Shown: positions 47,125-57,203 of the stretch, piece by piece
Numbering within the stretch: position 1 is the first letter of the stretch
How the letters are laid out: each line of letters begins with the position of its first letter
DNA from: an uncultured Pelagibacteraceae bacterium
GTDB taxonomy: Bacteria; Pseudomonadota; Alphaproteobacteria; Pelagibacterales; Pelagibacteraceae
DNA length: 64,000 nt
Direction: 5' to 3'
Assembly (NCBI GenBank): GCA_902576115.1
Contig: CACGUE010000003.1
Span: 4,712 to 68,711, forward strand
Translations under genes and position numbers: made by a program
The notes under the pieces: generated by a model
Told to the model about the DNA's origin: nothing
The model's database searches: none
Seen by the model: only the letters and a program-made list of their open reading frames with translations

Positions 47125-48687
47125 TTAGTCAAAGCTCGCAAAACGGAATAACGGTTCGTTATTCGGTCTTATCGGAACATTAACATCTTTTTTTGCAGCC
47201 CAAGATATAACTTGGTGATGTAAAGGAAGATAAGAAATATCCTCTTTTACGATTTTCCAAGCTTTAGCTATAGCAGCATTTCTCTTATCTAGGTTAACTT
47301 CACCTTCCATAACTCTTATAGCGGCATCTACATCAGAATTACTAAAGTTAACTCTGTTCCAGCTTGCTCCACTTTCATATAAGTAATGAAAAACATAATG
47401 ACTATCTAAAGTTGGAACTCCCCAACCTAACATATAAAAGTCACCTTGATTATCCTTTAGTTCTTTAAAGTGCTTACTTTTTGTTTGGGCAAATAGATTT
47501 ACCTTAACACCGATTTTACCTAACATACCAACAACAGCTGTACATATAGCTTCATCATTTACATATCTGTCATTTGGACATCTGAGCTCAACTTCAAATC
47601 CATTCGGATATCCAGCATCAGCTAGAAGTTTTTTTGCAGCAGCTACATCATAAGGAAGTCTCTTATCAAGTTCTTCTGTGTATCCGTTAACACCTGGAAA
47701 AGTAATTATTCCTGCAGGTTCACTTAAACCTCTCATTACTTTTTTCTTAATAGCTTCAATATCTATTGCTTGATAAAGAGCTTGTCTAACTGCTTTCTTT
47801 TTGAATGGATTATCTCCTGTATTACCTGTTCTAAGTTTATCTGCTCCCTGATCCATACCAAGGAATATAGTTCTCATTTGAGCAGTGCTTTCAACTTTAT
47901 GAGCAGGTGAATTTTTAATTCTAGCTAAATCTTGCACAGGGGCATCAGTAACAACATCAATTTCACCTGATAAAAGAGCTGCAACTCTAGTAGCTGCATT
48001 TTTTATAGGTAGTAGATGAATTTCTGTTACTTTATCATCTTTCATTGTTCCCCACCATTTTTTATTACGTTTGAAAACTGTTTTAGTATTTGGTTCTCTT
48101 AATGTAATTTTAAATGGTCCAGTTCCCATAGCATTTGTAGCTGAAAAAGTTTCTTGTCCAGCATCCCAGTTCTGCGCCATAACTGCAAAATTCTTTTCAC
48201 TCCATTTTTTTGACATTATAAAAATGTTTGAAAGTTGGTTTAAAAGAATTGGATTTGGTTTACTTGTTGTTATTTCTACTGTGTAGTCATTAACTGCTTT
48301 TACACCTGATACTGTACTAATATATTCTTTAAAATCAGATGTTCTTTGTTTTGCTCTTAAAATACTAAAAACAACATCTTCAGATGTAAATGGAGTTCCA
48401 TCAGAAAATTTAACATCTTCTCTTAATTTAAAGATCCAAGTATTAGGACCTTGAGTTCTCCACTCTGTTGCTAGTTGAGGTCCAATTTTCATATCTAATC
48501 CCCTAGTAACTAGAGCTTCGTATACTTGTCTAGATACTTGAGTGGTAGGACCTTCATTTTGAGCATGAGGATCAAGTGTTAAACTATCACCCTGCATTGA
48601 CCATTTAATAGTTTTTGCAAATGTTTGTGTTGGAGCAAAAGCTAGAAAAAAAGCCAATAAAATTTTTATAAAATACCCATACTTCAT
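47125..48687 (-). CDS. Peptide ABC transporter substrate-binding protein (family 5)
   Basis: Signal peptide, TLDPH, LREDVKFSDG, GTGPF, VRQAL..AID. Confidence 0.92.
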   Translation of the reverse strand: MKYGYFIKILLAFFLAFAPTQTFAKTIKWSMQGDSLTLDPHAQNEGPTTQVSRQVYEALVTRGLDMKIGPQLATEWRTQGPNTWIFKLREDVKFSDGTPFTSEDVVFSILRAKQRTSDFKEYISTVSGVKAVNDYTVEITTSKPNPILLNQLSNIFIMSKKWSEKNFAVMAQNWDAGQETFSATNAMGTGPFKITLREPNTKTVFKRNKKWWGTMKDDKVTEIHLLPIKNAATRVAALLSGEIDVVTDAPVQDLARIKNSPAHKVESTAQMRTIFLGMDQGADKLRTGNTGDNPFKKKAVRQALYQAIDIEAIKKKVMRGLSEPAGIITFPGVNGYTEELDKRLPYDVAAAKKLLADAGYPNGFEVELRCPNDRYVNDEAICTAVVGMLGKIGVKVNLFAQTKSKHFKELKDNQGDFYMLGWGVPTLDSHYVFHYLYESGASWNRVNFSNSDVDAAIRVMEGEVNLDKRNAAIAKAWKIVKEDISYLPLHHQVISWAAKKDVNVPIRPNNEPLFRFASFD

Positions 48688-48748
48688 TTCTCTCTCCTAT
48701 ATTATTAAAATAAAAATCTAACTTATTAATTATGTAAACTAAAGTGAT

Positions 48749-49474
48749 TTAATTCACTATTTTTTTGAAGTTTTCGTAAAGAATTTTAGAATATTTGTTC
48801 ATAGATTGAATATTGTCTTTCGCATCACTATCAAATTTATCAAGAGCTCCCTCTCCTAACTGACTTTCTAAAGCAGACTTATATTCAGGCACACATCCCC
48901 ATTCTCCTACAGTGGTATCTTTTATCTCTATATGAAATTGAATACCGTAAGCATATTTTTTATATTTAAAAATTTGGTATTTTGTTTCAGGAGATGACGC
49001 TAAAAGAGTTATATCATTATTATTTTCTAGATTTTGAACTTCATATGAATGCCATTGGAGTGATTTAATAATATCAGGATATTCTTTAAATAATAAATCG
49101 TCTTTTTTACTATTTAAAAAATTAATATTTAAAATGCCTATCTCTGGATTTTTTGATTTAACTACTTTCCCTCCAACTACCTCTCCTAATAATTGACAAC
49201 CTAAACAAAAACCTAAATATGGTTTATTTAAGTCTACTACAAATTCTTTGATTTTTTTTTTCTCCTCTATTAACCAAGGGTAATCTTTTTCCATCCAAGT
49301 ATCCATTGGTCCGCCCATACAAAACATTGCATCAAATCCAGTTAAATCATCTGGTATTTTTTCCCCTTCGTCAAGTTCTACAGTTTTAATATGAACTTTA
49401 TCCTCTAACATTAAATCTTTAATATAACCAGGATCCTCAATTTTAATGTGTTGAAGAACAATTATATTTTTCAT
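48749..49474 (-). CDS. Class I glutamine amidotransferase-like hydrolase
   Basis: GGPM, GFCLGCQ, QFHIE catalytic triad. Confidence 0.88.
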   Translation of the reverse strand: MKNIIVLQHIKIEDPGYIKDLMLEDKVHIKTVELDEGEKIPDDLTGFDAMFCMGGPMDTWMEKDYPWLIEEKKKIKEFVVDLNKPYLGFCLGCQLLGEVVGGKVVKSKNPEIGILNINFLNSKKDDLLFKEYPDIIKSLQWHSYEVQNLENNNDITLLASSPETKYQIFKYKKYAYGIQFHIEIKDTTVGEWGCVPEYKSALESQLGEGALDKFDSDAKDNIQSMNKYSKILYENFKKIVN

Positions 49475-50274
49475 GTAGCTGGCTTAAGCAATTTTAAAAT
49501 TTTTTTATGATTTGATAAATTATTTGAAACAATTATGTTTCCACCTAATGAAGCATCTTTATTATCCCATGTAGTAATTATTCCACCTGATGCTTTAATA
49601 ATTGGTATTATTGGATGTATATCCCAAATTTTGTTTGCACATTGAGCTACAACATCTAATCTTCCTTCTGCTAATTGGCAATATGTTAATGCATCAAAAC
49701 ATGGAAACTGCATTCTCTTAATAAATTTCATTATTTTTTTTTGTTTTTGAAAAGACAAAGTTCCGTGAAAAGCGGCAGCTACTTTCAAATAATTAAATTT
49801 TATTTTTTTGTTTACTTTTAATTTTCTTTTTTTTCCATTTTCAAACACAAAAGCAGATTTATCATCTTGATTTAAATAATATCTTTTCATTCTTGGAAAA
49901 TTTGCTAAACCAATTATAGGGGTGTCGTTATAATTTAGAGAAATTAAATTGCTCCATGTAGGATTTCCAGCGACAAATGATCTTGTTCCATCAATTGGGT
50001 CAATTATCCATGAAAATAGACTTTTTGTCTTTTTTGCTCCAAACTCTTCACCGATAATTTGATGATCTGGGAACTTGTCATTAATCTTTTTTCTTATAAA
50101 TTTTTCAAAAGCTTTATCAGCACTGGTAACAGGATCATAACCTTTACCTTTTAACTTGTTATTAATTGTAAAAGTTTTGTTAAGTTTAGTGTAATAAAAA
50201 TTAGTTAAATCCTTAGCAAGCTTATTCAAAAAGGTGTAATAAATCTTGAAATCTTTTGTTTTTTTGAAGATCAT
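49471..50274 (-). CDS. hisN: Inositol monophosphatase family, histidinol-phosphatase HisN-like
   Basis: DPVTSAD, GEE, WIIDPIDGTRSF, WD. Family is secure; the substrate is inferred. Confidence 0.65.
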   Translation of the reverse strand: MIFKKTKDFKIYYTFLNKLAKDLTNFYYTKLNKTFTINNKLKGKGYDPVTSADKAFEKFIRKKINDKFPDHQIIGEEFGAKKTKSLFSWIIDPIDGTRSFVAGNPTWSNLISLNYNDTPIIGLANFPRMKRYYLNQDDKSAFVFENGKKRKLKVNKKIKFNYLKVAAAFHGTLSFQKQKKIMKFIKRMQFPCFDALTYCQLAEGRLDVVAQCANKIWDIHPIIPIIKASGGIITTWDNKDASLGGNIIVSNNLSNHKKILKLLKPAT

Positions 50275-50361
50275 TTATCTGATGAGTAATAGTTAAAATA
50301 TACAACTAGTTCAAATAAAATATCTTGAAAATTTTAGAATTTGATAGAAGAATCCAGATAG

Positions 50362-51465
50362 ATGAAAATAGAAATCGATTCTAAAAAAGTATTTATAAAT
50401 AGTGGAAATAATAAAGAAGAAATACATCCATTTTGGCTTAGAGAAAGAATAAATAACGAAGATGCTCTGGATAAAGGAAATCAACAAAGATTATTTGATC
50501 CAAATTCTATAAATACTAACATTGATATAGAAAAAATTGAGAATGAAGATGGATTGCTTAATTTATTTTTCAATGACGGAACCAATTATAAAATAAAAGA
50601 AGATCAAATATTAAATGAGTATAAATCGCAAAACCTTGATCCTATTTCAATTGATAAAATTGAATGGGATTCAAATTTTAATAATTTTCAAAAATTTAAA
50701 TTTGAAAATGATATTTTTGAAAAAAAAATCATGTATGATTTGTTAGTATCATTCTATAAATATGGTTTTGTAGTTTTAACTAATGTTCCAACTGAAGATA
50801 ATTTTATTATTAAATTTGCAAATTCAATTGGTAGTGTCAGAAGAACAAATTTTGGGGAATTTTTTAATGTAAGATCTGTTCCTAATCCAAATGATTTGGC
50901 TTATACATCATTAGCATTATCTCCACATACAGATAATCCGTATAGAAAACCAGTTCCTTGTGTTCAATTATTGCATTGTATTACAAATAATGTGAGTGGA
51001 GGAAATTCTACCTTGGTTGATGGTTACACAGTAAGTGAAAAAATCAAAGAGTTTTATCCAGAATATTATGAAATTTTATCTTCAGTTAAAGTAAAATTTA
51101 AATTTATAGACAATACAGTTGTTCTAGAAGATATGTCTGAGTTGATTAAATTGGATGAAAAAAATAATTTTAAACAAGTTAGATTTAGTCCTAGATTAGA
51201 TTATGCTCCGATATTAGAAAAATCAAAATTGGATTTATTCTATAAAGCTAGAAATAAAATTTCTGAATTATACAACTCTGATAAATATAAAGTTGAATTT
51301 AAATTAGAAACTGGAGATTTATTAATTATGGACAATCATAGATTGCTTCATGGAAGAACAAAATATGATGTTAACGAAGGTGATAGATATTTACAAGGAT
51401 GCTACATTGATTTCGACAGTACAGAAGGTAAACTTAGACATTTAAAAAGAAAATTTAATCTTTAA
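50362..51465 (+). CDS. Fe/2-oxoglutarate dioxygenase, gamma-butyrobetaine hydroxylase/TmpA-like
   Basis: WLRE, LAYT, HTDNPYR, VDG, DNHRLLHGR, LQGCY. Confidence 0.85.
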   Translation: MKIEIDSKKVFINSGNNKEEIHPFWLRERINNEDALDKGNQQRLFDPNSINTNIDIEKIENEDGLLNLFFNDGTNYKIKEDQILNEYKSQNLDPISIDKIEWDSNFNNFQKFKFENDIFEKKIMYDLLVSFYKYGFVVLTNVPTEDNFIIKFANSIGSVRRTNFGEFFNVRSVPNPNDLAYTSLALSPHTDNPYRKPVPCVQLLHCITNNVSGGNSTLVDGYTVSEKIKEFYPEYYEILSSVKVKFKFIDNTVVLEDMSELIKLDEKNNFKQVRFSPRLDYAPILEKSKLDLFYKARNKISELYNSDKYKVEFKLETGDLLIMDNHRLLHGRTKYDVNEGDRYLQGCYIDFDSTEGKLRHLKRKFNL

Positions 51466-52042
51466 ATAATTCTTTTATTTTTTCTTCAGCATTTTTTATC
51501 GACTTTTCATAATCTAAAGCCATTTGATCTGCTGCAACTATATCGATTTTTTTAATACCAAAAAAATTTAACATATGTATCAACCATGGAGTTAAAAAAT
51601 CTTCTTCTCCTTGTATTTTTGTTCCACCAGAAGTAATTACTAAATAGACCTGCTTATCTTCTAATAAACCTTTTCTTCTTCCGTCATCCCCGTATTTAAA
51701 TGTCAACTTTACTCTGGCTGCAAGATCAGCCCAAGCTTTCAGTGTTGCTGGCGGTCCAAAATTATAAATTGGCACTGATATAATAATTACATCACATTCT
51801 TTTAACTCTGATACTAACTTATCTGACAATTCAAACATTTTTTTATGTTCATCTGTTTGCTCATTCTCTGGAATTTTCATTCCAGACTCAGTTAAACCAG
51901 ATATAAAAAGCATTTCGTCATCTAGGTCTCTATAAATGACCTCGTCATTATCATTTTTAACTTTATCAAGTATTTTTTTTGCAAGCATCCTTGAGGTAGA
52001 ACCTTCTTTTCTAGCACTGCAATCGATTTGGTATATTTTCAT
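51455..52042 (-). CDS. azoR: FMN-dependent NADH:quinone/azo reductase
   Basis: True start at 52042 (MKIYQIDCSAR...STSR), PIYNFGPPATLKAW, TSGG. Confidence 0.88.
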   Translation of the reverse strand: MKIYQIDCSARKEGSTSRMLAKKILDKVKNDNDEVIYRDLDDEMLFISGLTESGMKIPENEQTDEHKKMFELSDKLVSELKECDVIIISVPIYNFGPPATLKAWADLAARVKLTFKYGDDGRRKGLLEDKQVYLVITSGGTKIQGEEDFLTPWLIHMLNFFGIKKIDIVAADQMALDYEKSIKNAEEKIKELFKD

Positions 52043-52044
52043 CT

Positions 52045-52752
52045 TTATCCAAGTTTTTGAAGTATAGGAAAATACTTTAATATGTAAAATCCTAAAGCTT
52101 GCAACTGGTTTGTAATCATTAATATTCCTGTTATCAATAATAATCCTCCACCAACTCTTGAAATAGTTATCATTTTTGACTTTAGATTTTTTGTAACAAC
52201 CATAAAACGTTGAATCAAATAACCTGATGCAATAAATGGCAATGCTAAACCAAGTGAATAGAACACGAGTAACAATATACCTCGGTTCAAGCTTTGCTCG
52301 ATCGAAGCTAAAGCTAATATTGATCCCAAAATAGGTCCAATACATGGAGTCCATCCAAATCCAAATGCCATACCAACTAATATTGAGCTAAAATTTCCTG
52401 ATTTAATCTCAGTATTAATTCTTTTTTCATAATTTAAAAACTTAATATTTATTAATCCCATAATATGAAGGGAGAAAATGATAATTATACTTCCTGCAAT
52501 AATTCTTAACTCAAAAGAGTTACTTAAAATTAATGAACCTAAAAATGTTGCAGTTGCTCCAAAGCTTATAAAAACAATAGAAAAACCAAAAGTAAATAAA
52601 ACTATAGGGAATATATTTATTGTTTTTTTTTCTAATAGCTCATTTAAAGAACTTCCAGAAATATAAGATATATATCCAGGTATTAATGGAAGTACACATG
52701 GAGACAAAAAGCTTATCAATCCAGCTCCAAATGCAACAAATAATTCTATCAT
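52045..52752 (-). CDS. ccdA: Cytochrome c biogenesis protein CcdA
   Basis: SFLSPCVLPL and GWTPCIGPIL. Confidence 0.92.
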   Translation of the reverse strand: MIELFVAFGAGLISFLSPCVLPLIPGYISYISGSSLNELLEKKTINIFPIVLFTFGFSIVFISFGATATFLGSLILSNSFELRIIAGSIIIIFSLHIMGLINIKFLNYEKRINTEIKSGNFSSILVGMAFGFGWTPCIGPILGSILALASIEQSLNRGILLLVFYSLGLALPFIASGYLIQRFMVVTKNLKSKMITISRVGGGLLLITGILMITNQLQALGFYILKYFPILQKLG

Positions 52753-55434
52753 TTAACCAGTATTTTTCATTGCGGCTGAAATACCTGCAATAGATGTTAA
52801 TAATGCATCATTAAGATCATTTTTTTTATCTGAATTTAATTTTGTGTTTTTGATTTTATTCATAACTACTGCTTGAATTATATTTAATACTTCTGTGTAA
52901 ATATTTCTTACAATAACTCCTGATCTAAATTTTTTTCTTTCATTTATAATTTCTTTAGGCGTAATCTTTTTATTTAATTTTTTAATAACTTCGAATTGGA
53001 ACCTAAGTTTTTTTCCAACTCTTTTTAAATCTTTGTCAGCTAAGTATTCCTCATATATTTTTGAAATATCTGGGTCCACTTTTGAAATTACCATATCCAA
53101 GATATCCATGATTGAATTGAAGAAAGGCCAATTTTTTTCCATATCTATTAGTGTTTTCTCAAATTTTTCTATCGATGAATATCTTAAAGCTTCTGCACTT
53201 CCAAGCCATGCTGGGAGCATTAGTCTTATTTGTGTCCAAGCAAATACCCAGGGTATTGCTCTTAAACCTTTGATATTATCAATATTCTTTCTTTTAGACG
53301 GTCTTGATCCAATTGAAAGTTTTCCTAAAGACACATGTGGCGTAACGGTTTTAAAATATTTAATAAAATCTGAACTTTGATTAATATTTTTTCTATATGA
53401 ACTTTTTGAAATATCAGACATTTTTTCAATTAGATTTCTCCAATCTTTTTTAGGGACTGGCGGTGGGGTTAATGTTGCCTCCATTACTGCTCCTATATAG
53501 CTACATAAATTATAAATTGCTAAAGGCTGATATCCATATTTCTGCTGAATAACTTCTCCTTGATCGGTTATTCTAATTTTTCCATTAACTGTATTTGGCG
53601 GCTGAGATTTTAAAGTAGCTTGAATTGGGCCTCCACCTCTACCCGCTGAACCACCTCTTCCATGAAAGAAAGTAACATCTATTTTATATTTTTTTGCAAC
53701 TTTAATAATTTCTTCTTGAGCCTTATATTGATGCCAACTTGCACAAATTTTTCCAGCATCTTTGCTTGAGTCTGAATATCCAATCATGACTTCTTGTTTA
53801 TTTTTTATTAAATCTCTATACCACTTTAATGAAAACAAGCTGGCCATTATCGATTTTGCATTAATTAAGTCATCTAATGTTTCAAATAAAGGGACAACTC
53901 TTAATTTATTCTTAATATTTGCTTCTTTTTGCAAATATAAAACGGAGAGAATGTCTGATGCAGATGATGTCATTGAAATAACATAAGCCCCTAAACATTC
54001 AGTTGGCTCTTCAGATAAAATTTTAAATGTTGACCAAACTTCTTTGTTTTCTTTATTTTTAAAATTAAAGTTCTTGATGAAATTTGATTTTTTTTTCATC
54101 TTAGATGATAAAAATTTAATTTTTTCTTCCTCACTCCATTTTAAATAATTAAGTTTATTTTTTTTCTTAACAAGTTCATTAATTAACTGTGAATGTCTAG
54201 ATGACTCTTGTCTAATATCTAGTTTTGCCAGATTAATTCCAAAACATTTTGCTCTTCTCATTAAATCTAATAAATCACCACTTGCAATATTTTCACTTTG
54301 ATTTTCTTCTAATGACTCACGGACAATTCTAAGAGGTTTTAAAATTTCCTCTTTTGAGTTTAGCAATTTTTTATAGTCTAAAGGTTTTTTGTTTACTATA
54401 AACTGTTCAATTGCTCGATGAGTAAATCGCATTTTATCTCTTAAAGGTCTTAAGAAAACTCTGTAAGGTTCAAACGATTTTCCTGTAAGTTTTTGAATTT
54501 TTTTTGAACACTTTTTCATTGAATATGATCTAATTAATTTAGTGAGTTCTTTTTCATACAATTTTGCTGCTTCCCATCTTGATAATAACAAAACTTCTTT
54601 AGTTACTTTTGAAGTTACATTTGGATTTCCATCTCTATCACCACCCATCCATGATCCAAACTCAATAGGATTAAAATTTTTTGGTAAACCTTTGCCCATA
54701 TTTTTCAAAAATATCTCATTGAGTCTTCTGTAGACTTTTGGAATAGTTTCCCAAAGACTATCTTCTATAATAGCAAGACCCCATCGCGCTTCATCGGCTG
54801 GAGACGGTTTTGATCTTTTTAAGTCATCTGTATTCCAGATGATGGTAAATTCATCATGAATTTTTTTATTTAAAGATTTTATTTTCGAAGAGTGATCTTT
54901 AAATAACTCTCTATCTTCAAGTATTTCTGTGATTTTATGATATTTTTGAATTAAAGTTCTTCTTTTGACCTCTGTTGGATGAGCTGTCAAAACTATTCCA
55001 ATATTTAAATTTTTTGCAAAACTATAAATTTTATTATTATTAATTTTTTTATTTTCAAATAATTTCTCAAAAATTTCCTCTATAAAAATATTTTTTTGAT
55101 TTTTAGCGTCTCTTTTATTTTCATATTGATTAAGTTGTCTAGATGCATCAATAGATTCTGCTAGATTTACAAAATTCATGAAATGATTAAACGCTCTTGC
55201 AATCTTGTAAATATTTTTTGGATTTATACTTTTTATTTCTTTAGATATTTTTTTATATGATCTTTTTTGTTTTCTGTTTGCTTTTGACAACTTTCTAATT
55301 TTTTCAACAAGATTATAAAAACTTTCTCCTTCTTGTTCTTTAATTACATTGCCAAGTACAGTTCCTAAAAATTTAACATCTTCTCTTAGGGTTTTTGTGG
55401 GTATTCTCTCATAGTAAAGATCTCTTTTTATCAT
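52753..55434 (-). CDS. ppc: Phosphoenolpyruvate carboxylase
   Basis: VLTAHPTE, WMGGDRDGNP, MIGYSDSSKD, FHGRGG, LRAIPWVF, MKNTG. Confidence 0.97.
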   Translation of the reverse strand: MIKRDLYYERIPTKTLREDVKFLGTVLGNVIKEQEGESFYNLVEKIRKLSKANRKQKRSYKKISKEIKSINPKNIYKIARAFNHFMNFVNLAESIDASRQLNQYENKRDAKNQKNIFIEEIFEKLFENKKINNNKIYSFAKNLNIGIVLTAHPTEVKRRTLIQKYHKITEILEDRELFKDHSSKIKSLNKKIHDEFTIIWNTDDLKRSKPSPADEARWGLAIIEDSLWETIPKVYRRLNEIFLKNMGKGLPKNFNPIEFGSWMGGDRDGNPNVTSKVTKEVLLLSRWEAAKLYEKELTKLIRSYSMKKCSKKIQKLTGKSFEPYRVFLRPLRDKMRFTHRAIEQFIVNKKPLDYKKLLNSKEEILKPLRIVRESLEENQSENIASGDLLDLMRRAKCFGINLAKLDIRQESSRHSQLINELVKKKNKLNYLKWSEEEKIKFLSSKMKKKSNFIKNFNFKNKENKEVWSTFKILSEEPTECLGAYVISMTSSASDILSVLYLQKEANIKNKLRVVPLFETLDDLINAKSIMASLFSLKWYRDLIKNKQEVMIGYSDSSKDAGKICASWHQYKAQEEIIKVAKKYKIDVTFFHGRGGSAGRGGGPIQATLKSQPPNTVNGKIRITDQGEVIQQKYGYQPLAIYNLCSYIGAVMEATLTPPPVPKKDWRNLIEKMSDISKSSYRKNINQSSDFIKYFKTVTPHVSLGKLSIGSRPSKRKNIDNIKGLRAIPWVFAWTQIRLMLPAWLGSAEALRYSSIEKFEKTLIDMEKNWPFFNSIMDILDMVISKVDPDISKIYEEYLADKDLKRVGKKLRFQFEVIKKLNKKITPKEIINERKKFRSGVIVRNIYTEVLNIIQAVVMNKIKNTKLNSDKKNDLNDALLTSIAGISAAMKNTG

Positions 55435-56321
55435 AAGTTAATTTTAAATTTTTTATTAATCATTCCAAATACATTTGTTTTAATTTTAAAAAGATTTCCT
55501 GAAAGAGGAAAGAGTTTTAACTCTTTTTTGCTCATACCCTTTATTGCAGTAGTGATAAATAACTCTGAATTTCTGTAACCTCCAAATGTACAATTTGTTA
55601 TATTTTTTGTAGGCATATTAACACTATGTAACTTATTACCTTTCTTATTATAAACTGAAATACAAGATCCATTATAATGACAAATCCATAAGTTTTGGTA
55701 ATTATCTAATGTCATTCCATCAGGAGATCCCTCATTTTTACGAAATTTAATAAATATTTTTTTACTTATAACTTTTAAGTTTTTATCTATATAAATTTTA
55801 TAAACTATTTTTTTCTTACTATCAGTATGGTAAAAACATTTTTTATTTATAAATGCTGGTCCATTTGTTATCATATAATTTTTATCTACTTGATTTAATT
55901 TTAAATTACTGTCTAAACAATAGAGAGATCCATTATGAATATTTCTCTCTAAATTATCCATAGTTCCAAACCATAATCTTCCTTGATGGTCTGTTTTCCC
56001 GTCATTTATTCTATTATTTTTGAATTTTTTCTCTATTTTAATAGAAATTTTTTTATTTTTTTTTTTTAAATCAACTATTCTAATTTCACCTTGCAAACCT
56101 AATGCAAAAGTATTTTTTGAAATATACGCTAAAAATCCAATTTCTTTGTCGATCTTATAAATTTTTTTATTTTTGTTTTTGTAATTAAGCTTGAATATTT
56201 TTTTTCCTTTTATATCTACAAAATAAAGTGAATTATGTTCTTTAACCCAAGCTATTCCTTCGCCTAAAATACATTTTGAATTCCATAAAACTTCTGGTTG
56301 CGAGGTTTTAATTTTATGCAT
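55431..56321 (-). CDS. SMP-30/gluconolactonase family sugar lactonase
   Basis: LGEG, RINDG, TNGP, PDGM, TFGG. Confidence 0.9.
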   Translation of the reverse strand: MHKIKTSQPEVLWNSKCILGEGIAWVKEHNSLYFVDIKGKKIFKLNYKNKNKKIYKIDKEIGFLAYISKNTFALGLQGEIRIVDLKKKNKKISIKIEKKFKNNRINDGKTDHQGRLWFGTMDNLERNIHNGSLYCLDSNLKLNQVDKNYMITNGPAFINKKCFYHTDSKKKIVYKIYIDKNLKVISKKIFIKFRKNEGSPDGMTLDNYQNLWICHYNGSCISVYNKKGNKLHSVNMPTKNITNCTFGGYRNSELFITTAIKGMSKKELKLFPLSGNLFKIKTNVFGMINKKFKINL

Positions 56322-56343
56322 TAATAAATATAAAATTTTAAAT

Positions 56344-57186
56344 TTATATTTGTATCACTTTTGAATTTTGCTCACCTAAGTTATCAATATTTAATTTAAG
56401 TACATCTCCAGCTTTTAAAAATTGTTGTGGCTTCATTCCCATTCCTACACCTGGCGGTGTTCCGGTAGTTATAATATCTCCTGGTTGAAGAGACATAAAT
56501 TTACTTACATAAGAAACAATTTTATCAACATTAAAAATCATAGTATTTGTATTTCCTGTTTGCATTCTAATACCATTTAAATCTAAGCTCATATTAAGGT
56601 TATTTACATCTGATATTTCATCTTTTGTGACTAGATATGGTCCAATAGGTCCGTAGGTATCATGAGATTTTCCCTTAACCCATTGTCCCATTTTTTCTAT
56701 TTGCCACTCTCTTTCACTCAGGTCATTTACTAAGCAGTATCCTAAAATGTAATCTTGAGACTGATTTTCTTTAATATGCTTTGCTTCTTTTCCTATTACA
56801 ATTCCCAACTCTACTTCCCAATCTAATTTTTTTGATCCACTAACAAGTTCAATATTATCATTTGGTCCAGAAATACAACTCGTTGCTTTCATAAATACTA
56901 TTGGTTCAGTTGGTGGTTCTGCTCCAGTTTCAGCAGCATGATCTGAATAATTAAGTCCAATTGCAATAAATTTTCCTGGATTAGCAACACAAGAACCTAT
57001 TCTTTCATTTGAAGAAATTTCGGGTAAATCAGATAAATTAGTTTCTTGCAACCTAGATATGTTTTTAAAATTTATTGTGTGAGGCTCTAAGTCAGACAAA
57101 ACAGAACTTATATCTCTTATTTTTCCATTTTTGTCTAAAGCCGCTGGTTTTTCATTTCCATTAGATCCAATTCTCAGTAATTTCAT
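56344..57186 (-). CDS. Fumarylacetoacetate hydrolase family protein
   Basis: GLNYSDHA, DWEVELG, NDLSER, KGKSHD, TGTPPGVG. Confidence 0.92.
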   Translation of the reverse strand: MKLLRIGSNGNEKPAALDKNGKIRDISSVLSDLEPHTINFKNISRLQETNLSDLPEISSNERIGSCVANPGKFIAIGLNYSDHAAETGAEPPTEPIVFMKATSCISGPNDNIELVSGSKKLDWEVELGIVIGKEAKHIKENQSQDYILGYCLVNDLSEREWQIEKMGQWVKGKSHDTYGPIGPYLVTKDEISDVNNLNMSLDLNGIRMQTGNTNTMIFNVDKIVSYVSKFMSLQPGDIITTGTPPGVGMGMKPQQFLKAGDVLKLNIDNLGEQNSKVIQI

Positions 57187-57203
57187 TTTATCTCCTTTAA
57201 TTT

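Noticed and set aside
52043-52354. N-terminal extension of azoR in the ORF track
   Set aside because: Overlaps ccdA in another frame; the family N-terminus begins at 52042.
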